This document shows, piece by piece, positions 1-10,249 of a DNA stretch of 64,000 bases. Location of the stretch: the sequence record NC_023719.1, one strand, 5' to 3'. The notes under the pieces were generated by a model that worked only from the letters and a program-made list of their open reading frames with translations, made no database searches and was not told where the DNA came from. Made by a program: the position numbers and the translations under genes. How positions within the stretch are numbered: position 1 is the first letter of the stretch; each line of letters opens with the position of its first letter.

Positions 1-2
1 CT

Positions 3-188
3 CAATGTATTGATGTAGTTGCAAGATATGTAAAAAATAACTATTTAAATAATGATGGTCAACATTACAATGGTTCAACTTTAAAAGGTATGAATGTTAA
101 ATACGCTTCAGACACTGCGTGGGCAGAGGGTATTGGGAGTATTATGAAAAAGTTTGTAGGTGACGCTAAAAAAATTAATCAAATTTAA
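3..188 (+). CDS. C-terminal fragment of a GH73-like N-acetylglucosaminidase (cell wall hydrolase), truncated by window start
   Basis: Own translation: QCIDVVARYVKNNYL...YNGSTLKGMNVKYASDTAWAEGIGSIM; the MNVKYASDxxWA motif resembles glucosaminidase C-termini; terminator hairpin follows at ~199-232. Confidence 0.7.
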   Translation, partial: QCIDVVARYVKNNYLNNDGQHYNGSTLKGMNVKYASDTAWAEGIGSIMKKFVGDAKKINQI

Positions 189-310
189 ACATATACAAAA
201 GGCTAAGATATTATTAATATATCTTAGCTTTGAGCTATAAAAACTGTTTACATAGTATGCAACTTTAGTTATAATATATATATAAGGATTTAATAAGGAG
301 TGGTAAAGAA

Positions 311-1246
311 TTGAATACTACAAACGAAGAATCATTTGATAAATTATTAAGTTTAATAGATGAAGCAACCAACATGCTAGATAGGTTAAAAACAATTAAT
401 GAAACACTTGAAGAGATGCAAGGAAATAGTGAAGTTGGAAGACGAGTACCTTTTGGTATGAATTACACTATGCTTTTTGACGCTATTGATAACTTAGAGG
501 ATTTCTTGAGAATTAAAGGGCAAGTTGAAAAAGCAAAAGAAGACTTTAGTCTAATTGATACTTTTGAAATAGGCGATATTGCTAAAGCTAAAGTTGATAT
601 TAGAATTGGTGGTAGACAAGAAATGCATTATAGTAATGCTCGTTTAGATGTAACTGGATATGTTCGTTATTCAAAGGATAAAACATTTTCTATTATTGAT
701 TTTGATGGTGTTGATTATGTATTAGAAGATTTTACTAACAATTATTTATTATTTGTCGATAAGGGTTTAATGAATACGTTTTTTAATAAAACCGAAGAAA
801 AAGAGACTAGGAGTTTCTTAAGAGTTGATTTTTTATTTACTGGGATTAAGAAGAAGTATTTAAAGAATTTATCTAGTATACGTTTATTTTCAGAAAAAGC
901 TAGAGAGCGTACTAATAATAGTTGGGAATTTGGGCAGAATTATGATGATCAAACTCCTTTAGTTAAATTAACAATCGATGAGACATTTGGTAATATGTGT
1001 TCAGTTTATTTTAATGAGAAGTTAGCTCAAAATTATACTGACTTTATATTATATTTTAATGATATTTTTGCAGTAGGTTTTAGTCAAAGTAAGAGTAATA
1101 AAGATATTTACAAATATAATGGAAAGATTAGTTTTTATACAAAAGAGAAGGGAAAGTATGGAGTTCATTATTTCCCTAAAGATGTTTTGTATGGAACAAC
1201 AAGTGATCGTATTTTAACTTTACTTGAAGTAAAACAATTAAATTAA
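311..1246 (+). CDS. hypothetical protein
   Basis: 311 aa ORF behind promoter and AAGGAGTG RBS. Confidence 0.85.
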   Translation: MNTTNEESFDKLLSLIDEATNMLDRLKTINETLEEMQGNSEVGRRVPFGMNYTMLFDAIDNLEDFLRIKGQVEKAKEDFSLIDTFEIGDIAKAKVDIRIGGRQEMHYSNARLDVTGYVRYSKDKTFSIIDFDGVDYVLEDFTNNYLLFVDKGLMNTFFNKTEEKETRSFLRVDFLFTGIKKKYLKNLSSIRLFSEKARERTNNSWEFGQNYDDQTPLVKLTIDETFGNMCSVYFNEKLAQNYTDFILYFNDIFAVGFSQSKSNKDIYKYNGKISFYTKEKGKYGVHYFPKDVLYGTTSDRILTLLEVKQLN

Positions 1247-1250
1247 AATA

Positions 1251-1472
1251 ATGGAAGGGAGAAAATATATGATTAATACAAGAGATATTGCTTTAGATAT
1301 TCTTATGGGAGAATTAGATACGTCTGATTTAGTGAATGATGTTGAGTTTCTAAAAGAAGTTGATGAGTCTATTTTACTATTAGTTAAGAAAAATAATACT
1401 TGGTCAGATTCTTTTGTTGCTAAGAAGCGTAAAGCAATATTGATTAAAATTGAGAAATTGTCAGAAGGGTGA
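1251..1472 (+). CDS. hypothetical protein
   Basis: ORF in operon; start may be ATG 1269. Confidence 0.7.
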   Translation: MEGRKYMINTRDIALDILMGELDTSDLVNDVEFLKEVDESILLLVKKNNTWSDSFVAKKRKAILIKIEKLSEG

Positions 1473-1478
1473 ATGTAA

Positions 1479-1925
1479 GTGGATGTATTTAAAGAGTTAG
1501 AAGATATTAATAAGAATCTCAAGAAGTTGAGGGATTCAATTTACGAGAACAATGTATTTGAAAAGTCTACTAAATTACAGCAAGATACGTTTTATAGAAT
1601 GTTAAAGGTCTTGATAGATAAAACTATTACTTACATGGATAACTTCAATGATAAAAATCATGTAATTAAGACTAGTGAAGATATTGTTAAAATGCAAAAC
1701 GAATTGAAAAATAGTGAAATAACTTTTTATTTAAATACTTTTCAACAAAAGTTGAGTTGGTATTATGAAAATGATAAGTCTGGAGACAGTTTTATCCCCG
1801 CTTCAGATATGATGATTTTATGGCCATTAAGAGCTATTAATGAAAGAATGTATCGCTACTTATTTAATCAAACTCACGATCATAAGTTTGATAATTTCTT
1901 TAATGAAATAGATGAACAAGTGTAA
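1479..1925 (+). CDS. hypothetical protein
   Basis: ORF in operon; terminator hairpin after. Confidence 0.8.
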   Translation: MDVFKELEDINKNLKKLRDSIYENNVFEKSTKLQQDTFYRMLKVLIDKTITYMDNFNDKNHVIKTSEDIVKMQNELKNSEITFYLNTFQQKLSWYYENDKSGDSFIPASDMMILWPLRAINERMYRYLFNQTHDHKFDNFFNEIDEQV

Positions 1926-1983
1926 TAGATATAAAAACTTCTCTTATTTTGTAGTTAAATACGAATAAGAGAGGTTTTTTATT

Positions 1984-2304
1984 GTGTCTAGACTTAGAAA
2001 ATTAGCAAACTTATCAGAAGAGCTTGGAGAAGAATACTCAACAGCGAGCGGGAAAGTAACTCCTTATCATATATTGTTTAAAGATAATGGTGATGAAATT
2101 GCTTCTATGGATGTGGAAGCCGCTATACAATTTTGTTCTACAAAAATAGATGACTTAAATGAACAATATAAGAGTGACCCAAGTTACTATATGATTATTG
2201 ACCAAGAGAAAGAAGAGTTCTTGCAGTCATTGCGTGATTGTCAAAATGGTATGGATGTAGTATTTACTATTAAAGATTATTTATTAAGAGCAGATGAGAA
2301 GTAA
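1984..2304 (+). CDS. hypothetical protein with MSRLRKLAN leader
   Basis: ORF track; basic leader shared with 13196 and 48597. Confidence 0.75.
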   Translation: MSRLRKLANLSEELGEEYSTASGKVTPYHILFKDNGDEIASMDVEAAIQFCSTKIDDLNEQYKSDPSYYMIIDQEKEEFLQSLRDCQNGMDVVFTIKDYLLRADEK

Positions 2305-2416
2305 GTATTTAAAGTAGAGGGAAATCCTTTACTTTTTCATTTTTTTATGTATAATTCACTATATAGTTGTATATAATGATATTAAATAAGGATTATAAAA
2401 AAATGAAAACGGAGGA

Positions 2417-2839
2417 ATGAAGATTATGAAGATTAAGCCAATTCCATTTAATTACGGTTTGTTAGTAAAGGATTTTCCTGGGACAGAAGTAAAGGTACAA
2501 AGAAAAAATGTAGTAGTTGATAATGACATTATTGGTATGTGGGGAGAAAACATTGATGAAGAAAATCAAATTATGTTACTTACTAATATTTCAGTGAAAC
2601 GCGAGCATTCAAAAAATTCAAAGGAAAACTTAATTAGCCTTTGGGAATCAACTTTTAACCAATATGCAACAGATGAGCAGCCAGAAGAGATTTTAGCTCG
2701 TATTCAAGAAAGACAAGATAAAGAAGCAGAAAGAATGAAGAAGGCTGAGGAAGCTGCAAAGAAAGCAGAAGAAAAAGCTAAAGCGTTAAAAGATCAAATT
2801 GAAAGTAAAGAAAATAAAGCTAAAGAGCAAGTATCTTAA
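2417..2839 (+). CDS. hypothetical protein, C-terminal coiled coil
   Basis: GGAGG RBS; E/K/A-rich tail. Confidence 0.85.
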   Translation: MKIMKIKPIPFNYGLLVKDFPGTEVKVQRKNVVVDNDIIGMWGENIDEENQIMLLTNISVKREHSKNSKENLISLWESTFNQYATDEQPEEILARIQERQDKEAERMKKAEEAAKKAEEKAKALKDQIESKENKAKEQVS

Positions 2840-3087
2840 AGAAGGAGGGTTTCCCCTTCTTTTTTTTTGTTTTTAAAAACAGTTTACAATGTTATTTTAA
2901 TATGATATAATGTCTTTATAAGGTAACATACATAATCTAATAGTTATTTTACTGTTTAAACTTAGGGTTTTTATTTCTAATATTAAATTATAATTTTTAA
3001 AAATCCTTAAAAAACAGTTTACACGAAAAACTATTTATGGTATAATTAATTTATAAGGTAATAAATAAATTAAATATAGAGTAGGGA

Positions 3088-4584
3088 GTGTTGGTATTGG
3101 TATTAATTAAGGAAGAGGAAGTTTTATCCCCAGCAGCAGCTTATGAGTTTTTAACTACTCCTTTTAGTCATCAGGTAGAGAGTTTTAATTATGCTCTTGA
3201 GCATGATAAGTTTTTATTAGGTGACGAGCAAGGATTAGGGAAGACAAAGCAATCTATTGATATGGCAGTATATCGAAAGCAAACTGAAGGAATTAAGCAT
3301 TGTTTAATAGTTTGCGGAGTTAATAGTTCAAAGCGAAACTGGGTAAAAGAAATACACACTCACTCTAATGAGGATGCTTTAATACTTGGTACGAGAGTAG
3401 GGAAAAGAGGAAAACTATATATTGGTGGCTCAGTGGAAACAAGAATTGAGGATTTAGAGGAAGTATTACAAGGTGGAATAAGTCAGTATTTTTTAATTAC
3501 AAACGTAGAGACTTTGAGAAATAAAAAAGTACGTGAGTATTTAAATGACTTGACAGAAGCTGGTATGATTGGCTTTACTATTTTTGACGAAATTCATAGA
3601 GCGAAAAATGCTGAGAGTAAACAGGGAAAAGCTATTCATTGTATTAAATCAAAATACAAAGTAGCCCTTACGGGAACACCGCTTATGAATAACCCTATAG
3701 ATTTATTTAATGTCATGAAGTGGTTAGATGCTTATGAATTTGCATTTTATACTTTCCGTCATAGATATTGTGAAATGGGTGGTAAGGGTGGTCACGCTAT
3801 TGTAGGATACAAAAACCTAAAAGAGCTGCGTGATATGTTCGAAAAAATAATGCTAAGACGTAAGAAAAGTGATGTACTTGATTTACCAGATAAGATTCGC
3901 CAGCTTGAAAGAGTTCAAATGACTCCTAAGCAAGCAATGATTTATAAAGATGTACGTGAGTGTATTATGGCAAATATCCAACAAATAAAGTTGAGTCCTA
4001 ATCCGCTCGCTCAATTAATTCGATTAAGACAAGCTACTGGTTATACAGGTATTTTAAGTGATACTATTCAGGAGTCCGCAAAAATTAATCGTCTAAAAGA
4101 GATGTTGGAAGAAGTAGTTGCAAATGGTCATAAAGCTTTAGTGTTTTCTAACTGGACTTCTATGACTAATGTATTAAAAAGAGAATTAGAAGAGTACAAC
4201 CCAGCTGTGATTACTGGTGAAACAAAGGATGTTGACTTCGAGAAAGAAGTATTCCAAAATGACCCTGATTGTAAGATCGCTATTGGTACAATCGGAGTTA
4301 TGGGGACTGCTCACACATTAACAGAAGCCTCTTATGTTTTCTTTGTAGATAAGCCATGGAACTTCGCAAACGTCGAACAAGCAGAAGATAGAGCTCACCG
4401 TATTGGTACAACGAAGAATGTTACTTGTATTACGTTAGTTTGTGAGAATACTATTGATGAACGCATAGAAGAAATTATATTCAATAAAGCCGAGTTATCA
4501 CAAGGTTTAGTTGAAGGTGACAATGATGTAATTGAAAGACTTAATGTCGATACAGATTCATTAGTAGACCAACTACTTTCTTAA
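3088..4584 (+). CDS. SNF2-family (SF2) helicase/ATPase
   Basis: GDEQGLGKT Walker A, DEIH Walker B, LTGTP motif III, QAEDRAHRIG motif VI. Confidence 0.95.
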   Translation: MLVLVLIKEEEVLSPAAAYEFLTTPFSHQVESFNYALEHDKFLLGDEQGLGKTKQSIDMAVYRKQTEGIKHCLIVCGVNSSKRNWVKEIHTHSNEDALILGTRVGKRGKLYIGGSVETRIEDLEEVLQGGISQYFLITNVETLRNKKVREYLNDLTEAGMIGFTIFDEIHRAKNAESKQGKAIHCIKSKYKVALTGTPLMNNPIDLFNVMKWLDAYEFAFYTFRHRYCEMGGKGGHAIVGYKNLKELRDMFEKIMLRRKKSDVLDLPDKIRQLERVQMTPKQAMIYKDVRECIMANIQQIKLSPNPLAQLIRLRQATGYTGILSDTIQESAKINRLKEMLEEVVANGHKALVFSNWTSMTNVLKRELEEYNPAVITGETKDVDFEKEVFQNDPDCKIAIGTIGVMGTAHTLTEASYVFFVDKPWNFANVEQAEDRAHRIGTTKNVTCITLVCENTIDERIEEIIFNKAELSQGLVEGDNDVIERLNVDTDSLVDQLLS

Positions 4585-4649
4585 TGAAAGTAGTTTTTTG
4601 TTAAATTGACAACACTCTCTATATAGTATTATTATAGAGGTGTTGTTAA

Positions 4650-5282
4650 ATGAAAATATGCGGAATTTATTGTATAAAAAACATTAAAAACAATAAAGTA
4701 TATATTGGAAGTTCATCCAATATGAAATACAGATGGAGTAGACACAAAAGTGATCTAAATTGCAATAGACATGACAATAAACACTTGCAGAATTCGTGGA
4801 ATAAGTATGGTGAGAACAATTTTATATTTATTAGTTTAGAAGAAATTGAAGGAGATAAGTTGACAGAAAGAGAACAATTTTATATAGATAAATATAATTC
4901 TATGGATATTAAGTTTGGGTACAATAAAAGAGAAGCAAGTAATAATGGTTCTCCATCAGAAGAAACAAAAAGAAAGATGAGTATATCTGCTAGAAATAGA
5001 CCTAAGATTTCTGAAGAAACGAAAAAGAAGATAAGTGAAAACAATAAAAAAATGTGGGCATCCGGTAAAATGTCAAATGTAGTAAAAGCAAATAAAGAAA
5101 AACGAGTTTCGCAAGAAACGAGAGATAAAATAAGCAAGTCTTTAATGGGTAGAAAAAGACCACTAGAGGTAGGGAAAAAATCCGGAGATACCCAAAGAGG
5201 TAAAAAATTATCTGAGGAAACAAAGGCAAAAATGAGAGAAGCTCAAAAATTAAGAAGAATGAGAGAGAAAGGTTCTATTTGA
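4650..5282 (+). CDS. GIY-YIG homing endonuclease with NUMOD3-like repeats
   Basis: ICGIYCIKN...VYIGSS, E in EREQFYI, GYN motif; repeated SEETKxKMS/ISxS units. Confidence 0.93.
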   Translation: MKICGIYCIKNIKNNKVYIGSSSNMKYRWSRHKSDLNCNRHDNKHLQNSWNKYGENNFIFISLEEIEGDKLTEREQFYIDKYNSMDIKFGYNKREASNNGSPSEETKRKMSISARNRPKISEETKKKISENNKKMWASGKMSNVVKANKEKRVSQETRDKISKSLMGRKRPLEVGKKSGDTQRGKKLSEETKAKMREAQKLRRMREKGSI

Positions 5283-5327
5283 CCAACTACTAGCTTAACG
5301 GCTAGTAGTTTTTTATTGTCTATAAGT

Positions 5328-5410
5328 AATCACACAGAGGGATTAAATTTCTGGTTATATATTTATATTAAATCAGATTTTAAATCCCTCTGAGTGAATC
5401 TCAGTGATTT
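5328..5410. repeat. Dispersed inverted-repeat element (CAGAG family), copy 1
   Basis: AATCACACAGAGGGATTAAA ... TTTAAATCCCTCTGAGTGAAT flanking TATATATTTATAT. Confidence 0.75.
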
Positions 5411-5517
5411 AAAATTACTATATACATAGTTCTATAAATAAAAAATATTAGTTATTTACAAATGATGGGAATTATTATATAATAAATATATAAGGTTTTG
5501 TAGAAGGAGGAGTAGAA

Positions 5518-6756
5518 ATGAACATTCGAGAGCAAGCGGAAGAGTTAATGAAAGCTAAATTAAATGGTATGTTTCTTAATATTTTAAATGATTTCCCGCA
5601 ACTTTCTGATTCTCAAAAAGAAGAGTACCTTAATCAGTTTAAACATCGTTTCCCTTCTGATAAATTTAAAATAATATCACAAATGCAAAAAGCTGAAACA
5701 AATTTAGGGATACTTCGAGTAATCGAACGTCACTTGGGCAATGGTTCAAGTAGATTATCAGATGAAGCTGAAAGAAAAACTAAGCATCGACTTATGAGAG
5801 ATTTTGGTATAACACCAGATCAAACTGAAACTTTTGATGAATATTTGCGTTCAGTAATTGCTGATAACAAAAAAGAGCGTGTGTTTACATCAGAACCAGA
5901 AGCGATTGAAGAAGAAAAAAAAGTATCTTCTTTAGAGTCTTTAAATAAACTAATAGGGTTAGAAAAAGTAAAAGAACAAGTTCAAGGGTTAATAGCCCAC
6001 GAAGAGATCTCTAAATTAAGGGCTTCTCATGGATTAAAACATCAAAAGCATACATTACATATGATGTTTAAGGGTAACCCAGGAACTGGTAAAACAACAG
6101 TGGCGAGATTATTAGGTGAAATATTTAAAGAAATAGGAGTCTTAAGTACAGGGCATGTTGTTGAGATTGATAGAGCAAGCTTAGTATCTAGATATCAAGG
6201 TGACTTTGAAGAGCGAGTAACAGAGTTTGTAAATAAAGCTAAGGGTGGAATTTTATTTATTGATGAAATTTACTCATTATTTGACTCTGGTAAGGGTGAT
6301 GACCAATCTCAACGCGGTATACCAGTACTCCTTAAGTTAATAGAAGATCAAAGAGAAGATTTTATTTGTATTGGTGCAGGTTATACAAAAGAAGTTAATC
6401 AATTTTTAGAAAGTAACCCTGGCTTGAAATCTCGCTTCCCAGTTCATATTGAATTTGATGATTATACTGAAGAGCAGTTAATAGCAATAGCTACAAGCAT
6501 GCTTGGAAGTCAAGATTATAAAATGGATGATGAATTTATAGAGAAGTTTAAAAAGTGTGTCGAAGAAGAGAAGCAACATAAAGACTTCGGTAATGCACGT
6601 ACAGTAAGAAATATTATTGAATCATCTATTCGTCAGCAGTCTTTGCGTTTATTTAGTATTGATAAACAAGATTTAAATAAAGATAAGCTTTCAACAATTA
6701 TTGGCGGAGACTTTAAATATGAACCATTAAGACTTGAGGAAGAAGAAGCTCTATGA
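5518..6756 (+). CDS. SpoVK/CbbX-like AAA+ ATPase
   Basis: LIGLEKVK, HMMFKGNPGTGKTTVAR, GGILFIDEIYSL, NPGLKSRF, FGNARTVRN. Confidence 0.92.
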   Translation: MNIREQAEELMKAKLNGMFLNILNDFPQLSDSQKEEYLNQFKHRFPSDKFKIISQMQKAETNLGILRVIERHLGNGSSRLSDEAERKTKHRLMRDFGITPDQTETFDEYLRSVIADNKKERVFTSEPEAIEEEKKVSSLESLNKLIGLEKVKEQVQGLIAHEEISKLRASHGLKHQKHTLHMMFKGNPGTGKTTVARLLGEIFKEIGVLSTGHVVEIDRASLVSRYQGDFEERVTEFVNKAKGGILFIDEIYSLFDSGKGDDQSQRGIPVLLKLIEDQREDFICIGAGYTKEVNQFLESNPGLKSRFPVHIEFDDYTEEQLIAIATSMLGSQDYKMDDEFIEKFKKCVEEEKQHKDFGNARTVRNIIESSIRQQSLRLFSIDKQDLNKDKLSTIIGGDFKYEPLRLEEEEAL

Positions 6757-6858
6757 GTTTCTTTTTTTTAATTATTTTTAAAAAAATAGTTTACAAATGC
6801 AATATATTATGTTATAATTTATTTATAAGGTTAATCAATTATAAGGAGGCAATACAAT

Positions 6859-7203
6859 ATGAATGTTAAACAAATTGGTTTTTCAGAATTCAATGAGTCA
6901 ATGAAAGAAAGTAATGGAGATGGGATTGTATTATTAGGTGCTGGTGGACCTGCTGATGAATGGATTGATGGAGTGACTGGTATGTTACATGATAAAGGTA
7001 TTGTAAGTAGTGCGAATCCTGAAGAGGTTTGGGGAGAGGCATTTAAACTTTCAACATCCGGAGGTCGAACAGACTTAGCATTGACTTTCAATAGTAAAAT
7101 GGAATTTAAAATGGGAATGATGGCTATGTGGCGTATTGGATTTGGGGATTGTTCTTGGATAAGTGATTATGTAGTGAATTATCAAGATCAACATATATCT
7201 TAA
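6859..7203 (+). CDS. hypothetical protein
   Basis: Promoter, AAGGAGG RBS, terminator. Confidence 0.85.
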   Translation: MNVKQIGFSEFNESMKESNGDGIVLLGAGGPADEWIDGVTGMLHDKGIVSSANPEEVWGEAFKLSTSGGRTDLALTFNSKMEFKMGMMAMWRIGFGDCSWISDYVVNYQDQHIS

Positions 7204-7334
7204 GTCAATAAGGGCTGACAAGAAGTCAGCCTTTTTTTATACATATGTTTAAAATATTCATATCTTATTTATATAATATTTAATAAATTAAAATGAATTA
7301 GATCCTATTTCATAAGTGTGGAGGGTTTAGATAA

Positions 7335-7886
7335 ATGAAGATTAATAATGTAAGCGCACAAGATAAGAGGAAGTTTTTACGTATTATGTTGGATAAGTTA
7401 GATTTCAGTAAGCGCGATTTCGCATGGGTAAAAGATTTTTTATTACATCGACAGAATTATGCAAAAACACTAAAGAAAATACATTTTGTCGATAACCCTG
7501 AAGGGCTGAATAATATTATTATTTTATCTGACAAATATAAGTTGGGTGGAACTGCTTTGCATCTTGTGACAGATAATACTATCATCACTGATGTAGATCA
7601 AATTAATGAAATGATAAATGAAGCAACAGCTAGAAAGCGTTTTTATCTTTATGTCAATACTGATGAGAATTTAATGAAGTTTGAAAGTTTTATTAATATA
7701 GTGTTAGACAATAATAAAGCTAAAATGCCTGAAGAGTATGTTAAAGCAGCTGATGATATAATTGCGCAAGCAATGAAAGAAGCTGAGATACAGCAGTTAT
7801 CTAAAAAAATTGATGAAGCTCTTGATGATAATGATAAAGAATTATTTTATGATTATACTAATCAATTGAAAGAGTTGAGAAAATGA
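7335..7886 (+). CDS. YpiB/ReoY (UPF0302)-like protein with C-terminal IDEAL domain
   Basis: KRKFLRIML..KRDFAWVKDFL..IHFVDN resembles YpiB; IDEALDDNDKELF. Confidence 0.75.
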   Translation: MKINNVSAQDKRKFLRIMLDKLDFSKRDFAWVKDFLLHRQNYAKTLKKIHFVDNPEGLNNIIILSDKYKLGGTALHLVTDNTIITDVDQINEMINEATARKRFYLYVNTDENLMKFESFINIVLDNNKAKMPEEYVKAADDIIAQAMKEAEIQQLSKKIDEALDDNDKELFYDYTNQLKELRK

Positions 7887-8236
7887 ATCAAGAAGAATTA
7901 TCCAAGAGAGTTGATAGCATACGCAATTGTTTGGTAGATATGAAGCAGAGATTAAATAATAGGTTATACTATATAAATAACTTGGATCAAGCAAGTGATG
8001 AAATCGTTGTTTCAATTGTAAATGAGCAACTTGCGAATGGCATTACTACAGATGTATTAAAAAGTATTCTTTTTATATTGGAGACAAAAGAAAATGATTT
8101 AAATTTGTTATTAGATATACTTAATGAACGGAATGATGTAGAAGTAGATACAAGAGAAGGTTCTTTTATTAATGACATGTTTATTGATATTGAAGCTTAT
8201 TTAACAATGATTGAAAAAATGTTTACAAATGTTTAG
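7883..8236 (+). CDS. hypothetical protein
   Basis: Overlaps upstream stop (ATGA coupling). Confidence 0.8.
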   Translation: MNQEELSKRVDSIRNCLVDMKQRLNNRLYYINNLDQASDEIVVSIVNEQLANGITTDVLKSILFILETKENDLNLLLDILNERNDVEVDTREGSFINDMFIDIEAYLTMIEKMFTNV

Positions 8237-8289
8237 TAATGTGATATAATTAATTTATAAATAAAAATAAATTAATTGGAGTGGTAAAT

Positions 8290-8463
8290 ATGAATTTTCA
8301 ACAGTATCTATTTAAAGAGTATCGTAAGGGTTGGGATGAAATACGTGATGATTTAATCTTTAATGGGTTAGAAGAAGATGAAATACGTGAAAGAGAAAAC
8401 CAATTAATTGAAGAGTATGAAGATTATTGTGAAGAATCTGGTATTGATCCTGAAGTTGTGTAA
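8290..8463 (+). CDS. small acidic hypothetical protein
   Basis: GGAGTG-gtaaat-ATG; the track starts at the GTG inside the RBS. Confidence 0.8.
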   Translation: MNFQQYLFKEYRKGWDEIRDDLIFNGLEEDEIRERENQLIEEYEDYCEESGIDPEVV

Positions 8464-8514
8464 AATTATTTGAAAATTGTAAATAATTTCTCAGTTTTGG
8501 TATATAATATAATT

Positions 8515-8700
8515 AAGAGGAACGCTACCCTCGAGGATGATCGTTTAACGGCTAGGCAGGCGTCAGCCATCTGTGTTTTAACAGTTGCCTGGGCTTTCAC
8601 TGAGCAATCGCATACCAGTTATGCATAATGATTGCCTTCTGAAACGTATAGGGTCATATTTACAAAGAGAACTTGGGACGGAACCCCTAAGTTCTCTTTT
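8515..8700 (+). ncRNA. candidate structured small RNA
   Basis: TATAAT at 8503-8508, no ORF, GC-richer, nested stems, strong terminator 8664-8700. Confidence 0.65.
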
Positions 8701-8835
8701 ATTTTGTAGTTAAATGAAGCTTAAAATAGTTAAAAAATAGTGTTTACATTGTGAATTGAATATGATATAATTAATTTATAAGGTAGGAAGGAAATAAACC
8801 TTATAAAATAATTAATTATATTGGAGGAATTATAA

Positions 8836-9129
8836 ATGAATTATTTTGACAAAGTGTATATCGAGGAAATGGGTTTCTATGGTGACGAGGAAATGGCTAA
8901 GGAATTTAAAGGCGCGGTAAGCGTAGAACAAGTAAAGGAATTTAAACAAATCTTAGAAAACAATGATTTAATGAAAAAAAATGAAAAACTATGCGATTTC
9001 CATGTTACAACTCTTGACGATGTGTTAATGGTAATGAAACGAGACAAAGTTGATTTCAAGCAAGCTGTTGATTACATGATTCAAGAGTATAATGGCCAAT
9101 TAAAGGAAATCGCGGGAGTTTTAAATTAA
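8836..9129 (+). CDS. hypothetical protein
   Basis: Cassette promoter, GGAGG RBS, terminator. Confidence 0.85.
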   Translation: MNYFDKVYIEEMGFYGDEEMAKEFKGAVSVEQVKEFKQILENNDLMKKNEKLCDFHVTTLDDVLMVMKRDKVDFKQAVDYMIQEYNGQLKEIAGVLN

Positions 9130-9170
9130 ATAAAAAAGGATAGGGGTAAAATCCTATCCTTTTTTTTATT

Positions 9171-9245
9171 TCACCAGAGATTGGTTCAGGTGAATCGAAA
9201 TTTCAATTCCAATATAAATATATTATTAAAATTCTCTGGGTTCAT
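9171..9245. repeat. Dispersed inverted-repeat element, copy 2
   Basis: TCACCAGAGATTGGTTCAGGTGAATC identical to 28792-28817. Confidence 0.85.
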
Positions 9246-9328
9246 TTAAAAAAAATATAAAAACGGTTTACAAATGTATAGTAATGGGATATAATATATA
9301 TAAGGAAATAAAATATAGGGGTGTTATA

Positions 9329-9700
9329 ATGAAATACACAGCGGAAGAATTTATTGAAAAATACAATGTAAAACCTGGGGTAGTCGCAGTTTTTAAAAAA
9401 TTCTTGAAAGATAATGGTCTCTTAGGATCAAGAGGTAAATTATCCGAAGAGCATTGTGAATTTTTTATAAAAGCAAAAGAAATAAAAGAAAATCAAAATC
9501 ATACTTGGGTTGATTCATTTGATTTAGCACTAAATACACAAGAAATAAGGGATCAATTTCCAGAAACATCTGATCAAAAACAGGTTCAATCCTCAGCGTT
9601 ATCTGCACAAATAAAAGGAATATTATCATTATATGATGACAATACTCTAGATGAAAAACAAGTAATATTAGTTATAAAGAAATTAGTAGAAGCAGAATAA
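9329..9700 (+). CDS. hypothetical protein, possible N-terminal HTH
   Basis: Track ORF 9284-9700; likely start ATG 9329 after the promoter. Confidence 0.75.
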   Translation: MKYTAEEFIEKYNVKPGVVAVFKKFLKDNGLLGSRGKLSEEHCEFFIKAKEIKENQNHTWVDSFDLALNTQEIRDQFPETSDQKQVQSSALSAQIKGILSLYDDNTLDEKQVILVIKKLVEAE

Positions 9701-9801
9701 ATAAAATTAAGGTTAGGGGTAAAACCCTATCCTTTTTTATTAAAAAACCGTTTACAAAATGATAGTTATATGATATAATAAATATATAAATAAGAAACGG
9801 A

Positions 9802-10131
9802 GTGATATTGGTGGAATTAAGTTATGATTTTTTAGAGGAGAATGTTGTTCAAGTTGAAGTGTTGGATGATTTTAAAATGGGTCCTTGGAGTTGGCATTTT
9901 AAAGAAAAGCCAGTATGTTCACAAATTGTTTTCTGTGGAGATGAACTTATTATTCCTAAAGGAACAGTTGGAATATTTAAACAAAGTTGTAACCATAAAA
10001 TTGGATTGGAATTAGAAAACGATTTTGTGATAGATGTGTTTTTTGAAAATGATGAAGAATTAAATGAATATGTGAAGTTTATAAAAGTTATTGGTCCTAA
10101 TGAAAATTTCATTAGAAAGTCTGATAGATAG
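9802..10131 (+). CDS. hypothetical protein
   Basis: Cassette ORF. Confidence 0.8.
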   Translation: MILVELSYDFLEENVVQVEVLDDFKMGPWSWHFKEKPVCSQIVFCGDELIIPKGTVGIFKQSCNHKIGLELENDFVIDVFFENDEELNEYVKFIKVIGPNENFIRKSDR

Positions 10132-10249
10132 ATAGAAAATAAGGGTAGGAGTAAAATCCTATCCTTTTTTTATTAAAAAACAGTTTACAAATATATAATA
10201 GCGTGATATAATAAATATATAAAGGAATACAAATAAAGGAGAGATAATA

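Noticed and set aside
4585-5282. Group I intron in the helicase carrying the GIY-YIG ORF
   Set aside because: The helicase already ends with a stop and terminator, and there is no room or P7-type core sequence around the ORF; it is free-standing.
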